Of a DNA stretch of 64,000 bases, positions 9,366 through 18,036 are shown in pieces (the first letter of the stretch is position 1; every line of letters begins with the position of its first letter). The translations under genes and the position numbers were made by a program. The notes beneath the pieces were generated by a model, which searched no databases, was not told the DNA's origin, and saw only the letters and a list, made by a program, of their open reading frames with translations. Source of the stretch: Thermoanaerobaculia bacterium (lineage in GTDB: Bacteria; Acidobacteriota; Thermoanaerobaculia; Thermoanaerobaculales; Sulfomarinibacteraceae); contig JAMOVQ010000141.1 in the NCBI GenBank assembly GCA_027067575.1, positions 26,731 through 90,730 of the forward strand. The letters run 5' to 3'.

Positions 9366-10723
9366 GCGGCGGTCACCGCCTGCTCGAGCACGGCGTCCTC
9401 GCCGGGGAACACGCTCCGGAGGTCGAGCAGCAGGCGGTCTTCGTGAAGCCGCCCCACCACCGGCGGGGAGCCCCGCCGGAGCGCCGTGGCCAGCTCCGCC
9501 TCACCCGGGAGGGCCACGGCCCACGACGGCACGGTGGCCTCCGGCGTCGTCCCGCCTCCGAGCGCCGCACTGGACGGTTCCACCGAGGCCGGCACACCCG
9601 CCGTGGCCAGCCGCCGTGCGAGCCGCCGCGCGCGGCGGCGGAGCGCCTCCACCGGCGTGCCCAGCAGCCGGTAGAGCGGGATCTCGTCCAGCCGGCCCGT
9701 CCGGTGGGCCTCGAGCACCCGATCCATGTGGACCAGGGCGGTCTTGTCCGGCCGGAGCGCCCTCAGCATCGGGTGGCGGGCGAGCGGGTCCACCCACCGG
9801 GGATCGCCCACGACGATCCCGGCCTGCGGTCCGCCGAGCAGCTTGTCGCCCGAGAAGCAGACGGCGTCGGCCCCGGCGTCCAGGATCTCCCGGACCGTGG
9901 GCTCGTGGGGGAGTCCCCACCGCCTCAGGTCGTGCAGCGCCCCGGAGCCCTGGTCCATGAACAGGGGGATCCCCCGCGCGTGGGCGAGGGCCGCCAGCTC
10001 GCCGAGCGCCGGCTCGGCGGTGAACCCGACGATCCGGTAGTTGGAGGGGTGGGCCACCAGGATCGCAGCGGTCTCCTCGCCGATGGCGGCCTCGTAGTCC
10101 GCCAGGTGGGTCCGGTTGGTGCAGCCGACCTCCACGAGCCGCGCGCCCGAGGCGGCCATGACGTCGGGCAACCGGAACGAGCCGCCGATCTCGATCAGCT
10201 GGCCCCGGGAGACGATCACCTCCCGTCCGCTCGCGTGGGTGGCGAGCAGCAGGAGGACCGCCCCGGCGTTGTTGTTGACCATCACCGCCGAGGGCGCCCC
10301 AACCACCTCGGCCAGCCGGCCGCGGATCGGGTCGAGCCGCTGGCCGCGGCGTCCCGCCTCGAGGTCGTACTCCAGGGCAAGGTATGATGCCAGTCGGGCG
10401 GGCGGCTCGGGTCCGAGCGGCGCCCTCCCGAGGTTGGTATGGAGCAGCACACCGGTGGCGTTGATCACGGCGGGGTAGGCCGGCGCGGCGCGGGACGCCA
10501 GGGCGTCCACGATGCGCCCGGGCAGCGCCTCGATCTCCCGGCCGAGCCGTTCGCCGTCCACCCTCCCGTCGCGCACCACCGCCCGGAGGCCGTCCAGCGC
10601 GCGGCGGACCTCCGCCACCACCGTCTCACGGCCCCACCGGTCCACGGCGGCCGCCACCACCGCCTCGCCGAGGAGGCGGTTCACGGAGGGCAGCGACCGG
10701 AGCGGAGAACCCATCCCGGGCAT
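9326..10723 (-). CDS. selA: L-seryl-tRNA(Sec) selenium transferase
   Basis: ORF 9326..10723. PLP-lysine motif CFSGDKLLGGPQAG, NNNAGAVLL, and about 465 aa length are typical of SelA. The 3' end overlaps the pilD 3' end by 40 nt (convergent). Confidence 0.85.
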   Translation of the reverse strand: MPGMGSPLRSLPSVNRLLGEAVVAAAVDRWGRETVVAEVRRALDGLRAVVRDGRVDGERLGREIEALPGRIVDALASRAAPAYPAVINATGVLLHTNLGRAPLGPEPPARLASYLALEYDLEAGRRGQRLDPIRGRLAEVVGAPSAVMVNNNAGAVLLLLATHASGREVIVSRGQLIEIGGSFRLPDVMAASGARLVEVGCTNRTHLADYEAAIGEETAAILVAHPSNYRIVGFTAEPALGELAALAHARGIPLFMDQGSGALHDLRRWGLPHEPTVREILDAGADAVCFSGDKLLGGPQAGIVVGDPRWVDPLARHPMLRALRPDKTALVHMDRVLEAHRTGRLDEIPLYRLLGTPVEALRRRARRLARRLATAGVPASVEPSSAALGGGTTPEATVPSWAVALPGEAELATALRRGSPPVVGRLHEDRLLLDLRSVFPGEDAVLEQAVTAAYQGIQASQEGGA

Positions 10724-10743
10724 TGTAGCAACCGGAGGCCGGC

Positions 10744-11316
10744 GTGAACGGGTCGGAGACGCTGATCGGCTCCCTCGAACAGGAGCTCAAGGCGCTGATC
10801 CTCGAGTGGGAGCGGTTCTTCTCCGGCGACCGGAAGACGCCGCCGCACAAGGAGAAGACCCGCCTCGAACGGCGGATCCGTCAGCTCGCCGACCGGCAGT
10901 CGTTCCGGGGGGCGATGGGGTTCCGCCTCGAGCAGCTCCAGCACCGGTTCAGCACGTACTCGGCGCTCTGGGAGCGCCAGCTCCGGCAACGGGAGGAGGG
11001 ACGCGGCCCCGGTGTGGCGCGGGGGAAGCGTCCCGTCCTGGCCGCCACCACGCCTGCCCGTTCCGGAACTACAAACGCGCCGGCCTCCACCTCCGTAAAG
11101 CGGACGGAGCCCGGGGGGCTCTACGAACGGTGGCTCGAGGCGAAACGAGGCCTCGGCCAGCGGCCGGGGCTGAGCCGGGAGCAGTTCGAGGCGCAGCTCG
11201 AGGCCCAGCGGGCCGCGCTGGAGAAGAGGCTGGGCCGACCAGTGGAGTTCGACGTGGCGGTGCGGGACGGTTCGGTCCGGCTCGCGGCGCGTGCGAGGAA
11301 GAAGACGGACCGCTGA
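10744..11316 (+). CDS. hypothetical protein (helical, charged)
   Basis: ORF 10744..11316 with a non-ATG start. Non-degenerate composition (LEQELKALILEWERFFSG...). No motif recognised. Confidence 0.55.
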   Translation: MNGSETLIGSLEQELKALILEWERFFSGDRKTPPHKEKTRLERRIRQLADRQSFRGAMGFRLEQLQHRFSTYSALWERQLRQREEGRGPGVARGKRPVLAATTPARSGTTNAPASTSVKRTEPGGLYERWLEAKRGLGQRPGLSREQFEAQLEAQRAALEKRLGRPVEFDVAVRDGSVRLAARARKKTDR

Positions 11317-11328
11317 AGGGAGCGCTGG

Positions 11329-12336
11329 ATGAGACGAGGGGTCGTGATCGCCGTGATGCTGGCTGGGGGAACATTGGCGATGGGAGGGTTCCCGACGTTG
11401 GCAGGGACCCCGGAACCCGCGGCGGCCACGCCGACGCCGCTTCCGACGCGGAAGGCCCCGGTCTTCATGTCCTGGCTGAAGCCGGACGACCCCGGCGACC
11501 AGGTCATCCGTGTCTACTGGAAGAAGGTCGAGGCCGGGACGGCGACGCCGGAAGAGCTCGTGGACCTGGGAACGATGCTGTTCTACCGCGGGTATCCGAA
11601 GGACGCCGTCCGCATGTACAAGCGGGCGCTCAAGGAGGACGGCGCCCTTGCCGAGGCGTGGTTCCGGATCGGAACGGTCTACCACGTTCAGCGCAAGTTC
11701 GCCAAGGCCCGCAGGGCGTACCGGAAGTGCATCAAGCGGTTCCCCGGACACGGCTGGTGCAACTTCTTCCTGGGGCTGTGCGACGAGCAGCTGGGCTACA
11801 CCACCGAGGCCATCCACTACTACCAGCGGGCGTACCGGTTCGCCCCGGAGCTCATGGATCCCGAGGTCAACCCGGCCGTGCTCTACTCTCACATCCAAGT
11901 CAGCGCCAGGGTCCCGACGCTGATGAAACGGCTCGTCACACGCCAGCTCCCCCTGGACTTCCTGGAGAAGGAGAAGGTCTCGAAGATCCGCAGCCAGTTC
12001 GAGCCGACGCCGACACCCTCACCGGAACCGACCGCAACACCGAGACCCTCGGCCAAACGGCCCCAGAAGACCCCGGCCGCAGTCCGGCCCCGGGCGGCCA
12101 CACCCGTCGTCCGGCCGCGACGGGCCAGGCCGACCCCCCGGCCGAGGCCGAGCAGGAAGCCGGTCCCACCGGCCAAGGGTCAGGCCGGTGCTCCCGGCAC
12201 CATCGGCGGTCTGCCCCAGCCGCCAGCCATGGGCGGTCTTCGCCCTCTTGGAGCCGTCGCGCCCGGGAGTCTGAAACCGTTGCCGCAGAAAGGCCCGGTG
12301 ACGCCGACGCCGACCCCAAAACCGGACGGCTCCTGA
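11329..12336 (+). CDS. exported TPR-repeat protein with proline-rich C-terminal tail
   Basis: ORF 11329..12336. It has an N-terminal hydrophobic signal-like segment, TPR-like repeats (AVRMYKRALKEDGALAEAWFRIGTVY..., AIHYYQRAYRFAP), and a C-terminal PT/PR-rich low-complexity tail. Confidence 0.65.
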   Translation: MRRGVVIAVMLAGGTLAMGGFPTLAGTPEPAAATPTPLPTRKAPVFMSWLKPDDPGDQVIRVYWKKVEAGTATPEELVDLGTMLFYRGYPKDAVRMYKRALKEDGALAEAWFRIGTVYHVQRKFAKARRAYRKCIKRFPGHGWCNFFLGLCDEQLGYTTEAIHYYQRAYRFAPELMDPEVNPAVLYSHIQVSARVPTLMKRLVTRQLPLDFLEKEKVSKIRSQFEPTPTPSPEPTATPRPSAKRPQKTPAAVRPRAATPVVRPRRARPTPRPRPSRKPVPPAKGQAGAPGTIGGLPQPPAMGGLRPLGAVAPGSLKPLPQKGPVTPTPTPKPDGS

Positions 12337-12390
12337 ACCACGCCGGGACGGGAGCGAACCGCTCGGCTGAACCGCTTGGTGCGGGCCGCG

Positions 12391-13464
12391 TCAGACGTTG
12401 AACCGGAAGTGGATGACGTCGCCGTCCCGGACGGTGTAGGTCTTGCCCTCGAGCCGGAGCGTTCCCTTCTGGCGGCACGCGGAAAGGGAGCCCTCGGCGA
12501 GGAGCTCGTCCCAGCGCACCACCTCGGCCCGGATGAACCCCCGCTGGATGTCGCTGTGGATGACGCCGGCGGCCTCCACGGCCGGTGTGCCCTCGGGGAC
12601 GGGCCACGCGCGGCACTCGTCCTCGCCGACGGTGAAGAAGCTGACGAGTCCGAGGAGGCGGAACGACGCCGCCAGGACCCGGTCGAGGGCGGGTTTGGCG
12701 ATCCCCATGTCCTCCATGAACGCCGCGGCCTCCTCGGGCTCCAGCGCGGCGATCTCGCCCTCCAGCGCGGCGGAGACAGCGGTCAGCTCGACGCCGGGCC
12801 GGCTCCGCCAGCCCTCCCACTCCGCCCCCGCGAACGGGTCGCCGGCCATGGCGTCTTCCGCAGCGTTGAGCACCACGAGGATCGGCTTGAGCGAGAGGAA
12901 GGTGAAGCCGCGCAACGCCTTCCGCTTCTCGGTGGAAAGCTCGAGCTCGCGCAGGGGCCGTTCGGCCTCCAGGCACTCCAAACACCGCCGGAGCAGGTCG
13001 CGTTCGGTGAGGAGCTCCGGCGCCTTCCGTTTCTGGATGTCCTTCTCGAGCCGTTCCAGCCGCTTCTCCACCACGAGCTGGTCACTGATCAGGAACTCCG
13101 CCTCGATGGTCTGAAGGTCCCGCAGCGGGTCCGGGGTCCCCTCGGCTGCGGTGATCCCTGGCTCGTCGAACGCCCGGAGGACGACCATCAGCGCGTCCAT
13201 GGTCCGCAGCTGGGGCAGGTCGAGCGCCGCCCCCCGGGCCGCGTCGGCGGCCAGGCCGGGCACGTCCACGTACCGGACCGTGGCCGGCGTCGTCTTGCGC
13301 GGCCGGAACAGTTCTGCGAGCCGCTCGAGCCGTGCATCCGGAACCCGAGCGATCCCCTGGTGGCTCTCCGTGGAGTAACCGCCCGTCGCCTCCTCCAGCC
13401 CCGTGAGCAGATTGAACAGCGTGGTCTTGCCGCTCGAGCGCAGTCCGACGATCCCGATCTCCAT
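12391..13464 (-). CDS. ychF: redox-regulated ribosome-binding ATPase YchF
   Basis: ORF 12391..13464. P-loop GIVGLRSSGKTTLFN and the C-terminal TGS-like motif IHSDIQRGFIRAEV...GDVIHFRFNV. Confidence 0.9.
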   Translation of the reverse strand: MEIGIVGLRSSGKTTLFNLLTGLEEATGGYSTESHQGIARVPDARLERLAELFRPRKTTPATVRYVDVPGLAADAARGAALDLPQLRTMDALMVVLRAFDEPGITAAEGTPDPLRDLQTIEAEFLISDQLVVEKRLERLEKDIQKRKAPELLTERDLLRRCLECLEAERPLRELELSTEKRKALRGFTFLSLKPILVVLNAAEDAMAGDPFAGAEWEGWRSRPGVELTAVSAALEGEIAALEPEEAAAFMEDMGIAKPALDRVLAASFRLLGLVSFFTVGEDECRAWPVPEGTPAVEAAGVIHSDIQRGFIRAEVVRWDELLAEGSLSACRQKGTLRLEGKTYTVRDGDVIHFRFNV

Positions 13465-13640
13465 GTCCCGGTCCTCCCGGACGGAACCCTACGCCACGGC
13501 CGGGGGAAGCGCAAGGAGGACCGGGGCCAGGGAAGCGTCCGCCTGGGCCATGCCCACGGACTCGTCGACAGATCCGGACACGGCCGCGGCTCCGGCGCCG
13601 CCCTCTGCGGGGCGCCGTTCTCCGCATGCCGGGGATGGGA

Positions 13641-15638
13641 TCACTCCCGGCGGCGGAGGTCGCGGATCCGGTCGCGGATCCGGGCGGCCTCCTCGAACTC
13701 GAGCCGCCTCGCCGCCTCGCGCATCCGGCGCTCGAGCTCGGCGATGGCCTTCCGGCGGCCCTCGGCGTCGCCGGGCTCCGGCTCGGCCACGGAGAGCGCC
13801 TCGCCCGGGGAGCCGCCCGGGCCGGCGTAGTCGAGGTTCTGGAGGGCGACGAGGGGGTTGGAGACGTCCTTGACGATGGTCTCGGGTTCGATCCCGTGCT
13901 TGGCGTTGTACGCGGCCTGGACCGCCCGGCGCCGCCGCGTCTCGGCCACGGCGCGCTCGATGGAGCCGGTGATCCGGTCGGCGTACAGGATCGCCCGGCC
14001 GTGGACGTTCCGGGCGGCGCGTCCGATGGTCTGGACCAGGGCGGTCTCGGAGCGCAGGAACCCCTCCTGGTCGGCGTCGAGGATCGCCACGAGGGAGACC
14101 TCGGGCAGGTCGAGCCCCTCCCGGAGCAGGTTGATCCCCACCAGGACGTCGAACGCCCCCCGGCGCAGGTCCGCGAGGATCGCCGTCCGTTCCAGGGTGT
14201 CGATCTCCGAGTGGAGGTACCGGACCCGGATCCCCAGCTCGGCCATGTACGAGGTCAGGTCTTCGGCCATCCGCTTGGTCAGCACCGTGACCAGCACCCG
14301 TTCGCCCCGCTCCACGGTCTCCCGGACCTCGGCGATCAGGTCGTCCACCTGCCCCTTCGCGGGCCGGACGATCACCTCGGGGTCGAGCAGGCCGGTGGGG
14401 CGGATCAGCTGTTCCACCACCTCGCCGCCCGAGGCCTCGAGCTCGTACGGGCCCGGCGTGGCGGAGACGAAGATCGCCTGGTTGAGGCGCGCCTCGAACT
14501 CCTCGAACGTCAGGGGCCGGTTGTCCACCGCCGAGGGCAGCCGGAACCCGTGCTCGACCAGCGTCCGCTTCCGGGACCGGTCGCCGTGGTACATGCCGCG
14601 GACCTGCGGGATCGTGACGTGGGACTCGTCCACGATGCAGAGGAAGTCCGGGGGGAAGTAGTCGAGCAGCGTGGGGGGCGGTTCCCCGGGGGCGCGCCCG
14701 GTCAGGTGGCGGGAGTAGTTCTCGATCCCCTGGCAGTACCCGAGCTCCGTCAGCATCTCCAGGTCGAACAGGGTCCGCTGGGCCAGCCGCTGGGCCTCGA
14801 GCAGCTTCCCGGCCTCCTTGAACTCGGCAAGCCGTCCGTCGAGCTCGTCGCGGATCGCGGCGATGGCGGCGCGCAGCCGCTCCTCGGGGGTGACGTAGTG
14901 GGTCCTCGGGTAGAGGGGGAGCCGCTCGGTCCGGGCAAGGACCGCCCCGCGCACGGGGTCGATCCGCTCGATGGACTCCACCTCGTCGCCCCAGAACGAG
15001 ACCCGCACCGCCTCGTCGTCGTACGGCGGCCAGATTTCGAGCACGTCGCCGCGCAGCCGGAACTTCCCGGGCGCCAGGTCGAGGTGGGTCCGCTCGTACT
15101 GCATCCGGGCGAGCTGCCGGAGCACCTCCTCCAGCGGCTGCCCGGCGCCGGCCTCGAACAGGTGGAGCATCCCGTGGTACGCCTCGGGGGAGCCCAGGCC
15201 GTAGATGCAGCTGACCGACGCCACGATGATGACGTCGCGCCGCTCCAGCAGCGAGCGCGTGGCGGAGAGGCGGAGCCGGTCGATCTCGTCGTTGATCGAG
15301 GTCTCCTTCTCGATGTAGGTGTCCGTGGTGGGGACGTACGCCTCGGGCTGGTAGTAGTCGTAGTAGGAGACGAAGTACTCCACGGCGTTATGGGGGAAGA
15401 AGGCGCGGAGCTCCTGGTAGAGCTGGGCGGCCAGCGTCTTGTTGTGGGACAGCACCAGGGTGGGCCGGCCCGTGGCCTCGATGACCTTCGCGACGGTGAA
15501 CGTCTTGCCCGAGCCGGTGACGCCGAGGAGCGTCTGGGCGGCGAGGCCCGCCTCCACACCCTCCACCAGCCGTTCGATGGCTGCCGCCTGGTCGCCGGAC
15601 GGCTCGAACGGCGCCTCGAGCCGGAACGGCCCGCTCAC
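13641..15638 (-). CDS. uvrB: excinuclease ABC subunit B
   Basis: In-frame GTG at 15638 inside ORF 13641..16733. [12 protein letters not shown], Walker [21 protein letters not shown], and the C-terminal UVR domain [16 protein letters not shown]. About 665 aa. Confidence 0.95.
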   Translation of the reverse strand: MSGPFRLEAPFEPSGDQAAAIERLVEGVEAGLAAQTLLGVTGSGKTFTVAKVIEATGRPTLVLSHNKTLAAQLYQELRAFFPHNAVEYFVSYYDYYQPEAYVPTTDTYIEKETSINDEIDRLRLSATRSLLERRDVIIVASVSCIYGLGSPEAYHGMLHLFEAGAGQPLEEVLRQLARMQYERTHLDLAPGKFRLRGDVLEIWPPYDDEAVRVSFWGDEVESIERIDPVRGAVLARTERLPLYPRTHYVTPEERLRAAIAAIRDELDGRLAEFKEAGKLLEAQRLAQRTLFDLEMLTELGYCQGIENYSRHLTGRAPGEPPPTLLDYFPPDFLCIVDESHVTIPQVRGMYHGDRSRKRTLVEHGFRLPSAVDNRPLTFEEFEARLNQAIFVSATPGPYELEASGGEVVEQLIRPTGLLDPEVIVRPAKGQVDDLIAEVRETVERGERVLVTVLTKRMAEDLTSYMAELGIRVRYLHSEIDTLERTAILADLRRGAFDVLVGINLLREGLDLPEVSLVAILDADQEGFLRSETALVQTIGRAARNVHGRAILYADRITGSIERAVAETRRRRAVQAAYNAKHGIEPETIVKDVSNPLVALQNLDYAGPGGSPGEALSVAEPEPGDAEGRRKAIAELERRMREAARRLEFEEAARIRDRIRDLRRRE

Positions 15639-16021
15639 GGCGACTCCCCGTCCTCTGCCAGGAACCGCTCCAGGCGGTCCGCCTCGCCGGGGTCGAGCCT
15701 GCCGTCGGCCAGGACCTCCTGCGCCAGCGCCAGGAACCGGCCGTCGGCCGCCTCCCCCGCCGGGCCGGAGGGACGCTCCCGGAGCCAGCGGTCCAGCCCC
15801 TCCCGGAGCGCCTCTCTCCGGGCCTCGGGAACCTCCGGTGCGGGGACGTTGCCCAGGCGCACCACAGCACGCGCGACCACCGCCTCGACGCCCTTGCGGA
15901 ACAGCAGATGCCCCCCGAGCAGCAACCCGACGAGCAGCACCACGGCCGCCACGGCGCACCCGGTGCCGGGACGCAGACGCCGCCGCGGCGGCGGCCCGTC
16001 CGAAACCCCCGCCGCCCTCAT
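15635..16021 (-). CDS. small single-pass membrane protein, unknown function
   Basis: Internal ATG at 16021 of ORF 15635..16237 overlaps the speA stop (ATGA), and its own stop overlaps the uvrB GTG (GTGA). One TM segment ([20 protein letters not shown]). Third codon positions are strongly G/C in this frame. Confidence 0.5.
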   Translation of the reverse strand: MRAAGVSDGPPPRRRLRPGTGCAVAAVVLLVGLLLGGHLLFRKGVEAVVARAVVRLGNVPAPEVPEARREALREGLDRWLRERPSGPAGEAADGRFLALAQEVLADGRLDPGEADRLERFLAEDGESP

Positions 16022-17955
16022 CGTCCGCCGCCGTCCTCCTCGAGGTAGGTCGACCCCTCGATCCCGGCCCGGAAGAACCGCAGGAGCTGGCGCCCCTCGG
16101 TGACGCCGAGCCGCCCCGCCCGCACCGCCCGCTCCACGTCCCGCCGCATGACGGCGAGCAGCCGCTCGGGCTCGTACTGCACGGAGGAGAGCACCTCCCG
16201 CACCGTGTCGCCCTCCACCACCTCCTCGACGCTCCACCGGTCCGTCTCGTCCAGGGCGATGTGGACCGCGTTGGTGTCCCCGAACAGGTTGTGGTAGTCG
16301 CCCAGGATCTCCTGGTATGCGCCGACGAGGAACGCCGCCAGGGTGTACCGCTCCCCCTCCCGCAGGGGATGGAGGGGCAGGGTGCGCCGCGGCTCCGCAC
16401 CGTCCACGAACCGGTCGATCTTGCCCTCGGAGTCGCAGGTGATGTCGGCGAGCACCGTCCGCCGCACAGGTTCCTCGTCGAGCCGGTGGATCGGCGCGAT
16501 GGGGAACAGCTGGCCAATGGCCCAGCTGTCCGGGAGCGACTGGAACACCGAGAAGTTGCAGAAGACGATGTCCGACAGCTCGTCCGGGAGGTGTCCCAGC
16601 TCCTCGGGCGGGTCCTCCATCTCCTCGACGCGCCGGACGAGCTCGAGACAGACCGTCCAGTAGAGCCGTTCGGCGCGGGCCCGGAGCGGCAGCTCCAGGT
16701 GGCCGAGGCGGAACAGGTTCTGGGCCTCCTCATGGGCCTGGACCGCGTCGTGGTACGCCTCCTCCAGCTTGCCCTCCGCCACGAGCTCCAGCGCCCCGGC
16801 CAGGTCGCGGATCGGCTGGGGCGTGTCGCCCTTCACGGCTACCGTCGCCGGCCGCTCCAGCAGGGCGTCGAACCGGGTGGCCCCCACCACATCGAAGACG
16901 AGCACGCTGTGGTACGCCGAGAGCGCCCGGCCGGACTCGGTGATCAGCTCGGGGTGCGGCACACCGGCCTCCCGGCAGACCGCCGCCACCCGGTACACCA
17001 CGTCCGAGGCATACTCCTCCAGCGTGTAGTTGGTGGATGACTCCGACGCCGTCTGGCTCCCGTCGTAGTCCACGCCGAGCCCACCCCCGATGTCGAGCAT
17101 CCGTAGCCCGGCGCCCAGGCGGGAGACCTCGACGTACACCCGCGCCAGCTCGGTGACGGCGTCCTTGATCCGCCGGATCTCCGACACCTGGCTCCCGATG
17201 TGGCAGTGGAGCAGGACCAGGCGGTCCTCCATCCTCCGCTCCCGGAGAAACGCCAGGGCGTCCAGCACCTCGGGGATCCGCAGGCCGAACTTCGACCGCA
17301 TCCCCGCGGAATCCTGCCACCGGCCCTGGCCCCGGGCGGCGAGCTTGACGCGGATCCCCAGCGCGGGGCGGACGCCGTACCGGTCCGCGTGCTCGGCGAT
17401 CATCCCGAGCTCCGCCGCCTTCTCCACCACCGGAACGATGTTCCGGCCCAGCTTGGCCGCCAGGACGATGGTCTCGATGTACTCGGAGTCCTTGAACCCG
17501 TTGCAGACGATGGGCAGGTCGTTCCGCCCCGCCGTCATCCCGAGCACGGCCAGCAGCTCCGGCTTGGACCCGACCTCCAGTCCCAGACCGTGCCCCTGGG
17601 CCGCGTCCCGGATCGCCGCCACAACGTGCCGCTGCTGGTTGACCTTGACCGGGTAGACGCAGGTGTACCGCCCCCGGTACTCGTTCTCGGCGATGGCGCG
17701 GGCGAAGGCGCTCCGCATCGCCTGGAGCCTGTCCCGGACGATCTCCTCGAACCGGACCACCACGGGCGGATCGATCCCCCGCTCCCGGAGCCCCTCCACC
17801 ACCTCGTACAGGTCGATGGTCGCCCCGGCGCCGCGAACCGGGTGGACGAGTACGTGCCCGCGGTCACTCACGGAGAAGTACCCCTGCCCCCAGGCAGCGA
17901 ACCCGTAGAGCTCCGCGGCCCGTTCCACCGTCCACCGTCCCGATCGTGCGGCCAT
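16018..17955 (-). CDS. speA: biosynthetic arginine decarboxylase
   Basis: In-frame ATG at 17955 in ORF 16018..19482. [37 protein letters not shown]. About 645 aa. Confidence 0.9.
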   Translation of the reverse strand: MAARSGRWTVERAAELYGFAAWGQGYFSVSDRGHVLVHPVRGAGATIDLYEVVEGLRERGIDPPVVVRFEEIVRDRLQAMRSAFARAIAENEYRGRYTCVYPVKVNQQRHVVAAIRDAAQGHGLGLEVGSKPELLAVLGMTAGRNDLPIVCNGFKDSEYIETIVLAAKLGRNIVPVVEKAAELGMIAEHADRYGVRPALGIRVKLAARGQGRWQDSAGMRSKFGLRIPEVLDALAFLRERRMEDRLVLLHCHIGSQVSEIRRIKDAVTELARVYVEVSRLGAGLRMLDIGGGLGVDYDGSQTASESSTNYTLEEYASDVVYRVAAVCREAGVPHPELITESGRALSAYHSVLVFDVVGATRFDALLERPATVAVKGDTPQPIRDLAGALELVAEGKLEEAYHDAVQAHEEAQNLFRLGHLELPLRARAERLYWTVCLELVRRVEEMEDPPEELGHLPDELSDIVFCNFSVFQSLPDSWAIGQLFPIAPIHRLDEEPVRRTVLADITCDSEGKIDRFVDGAEPRRTLPLHPLREGERYTLAAFLVGAYQEILGDYHNLFGDTNAVHIALDETDRWSVEEVVEGDTVREVLSSVQYEPERLLAVMRRDVERAVRAGRLGVTEGRQLLRFFRAGIEGSTYLEEDGGGR

Positions 17956-18036
17956 CGTCCCTCCACCGCGCCTCGTGAACCCCGATTCTACCCCGGCAGG
18001 GGTCTGGGGCCAGGACGGGACTATACTGCCCCGGAC

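Noticed and set aside
9326-12400. Selenoprotein genes or SECIS elements next to selA.
   Set aside because: No neighbouring ORF pair is joined by an in-frame TGA, and no obvious stem-loop follows a TGA. This needs a genome-wide search and cannot be supported from this window.
13626-16103. Very long ORFs antisense to, or out of frame with, recognised genes. Examples are 13626..16103 (+), 211..1275 (+), 4107..5846 (-), 7371..8963 (-), 12376..13830 (+), 20102..21646 (-), 37475..39139 (+), 53373..55364 (+) and 58597..61692 (+).
   Set aside because: Their translations are Arg/Pro/Gly/Ala-rich low complexity with no motifs. Each overlaps a gene with clear family signatures. Stop-poor alternative frames are expected in DNA this GC-rich.
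17956-18036. A TATACT -10-like hexamer at 18022-18027, suggesting a near-leaderless transcript for the LtaS-like gene.
   Set aside because: There is no acceptable -35 at the proper spacing, and a single hexamer in an 81-bp gap is weak evidence, so it is not reported as a feature.
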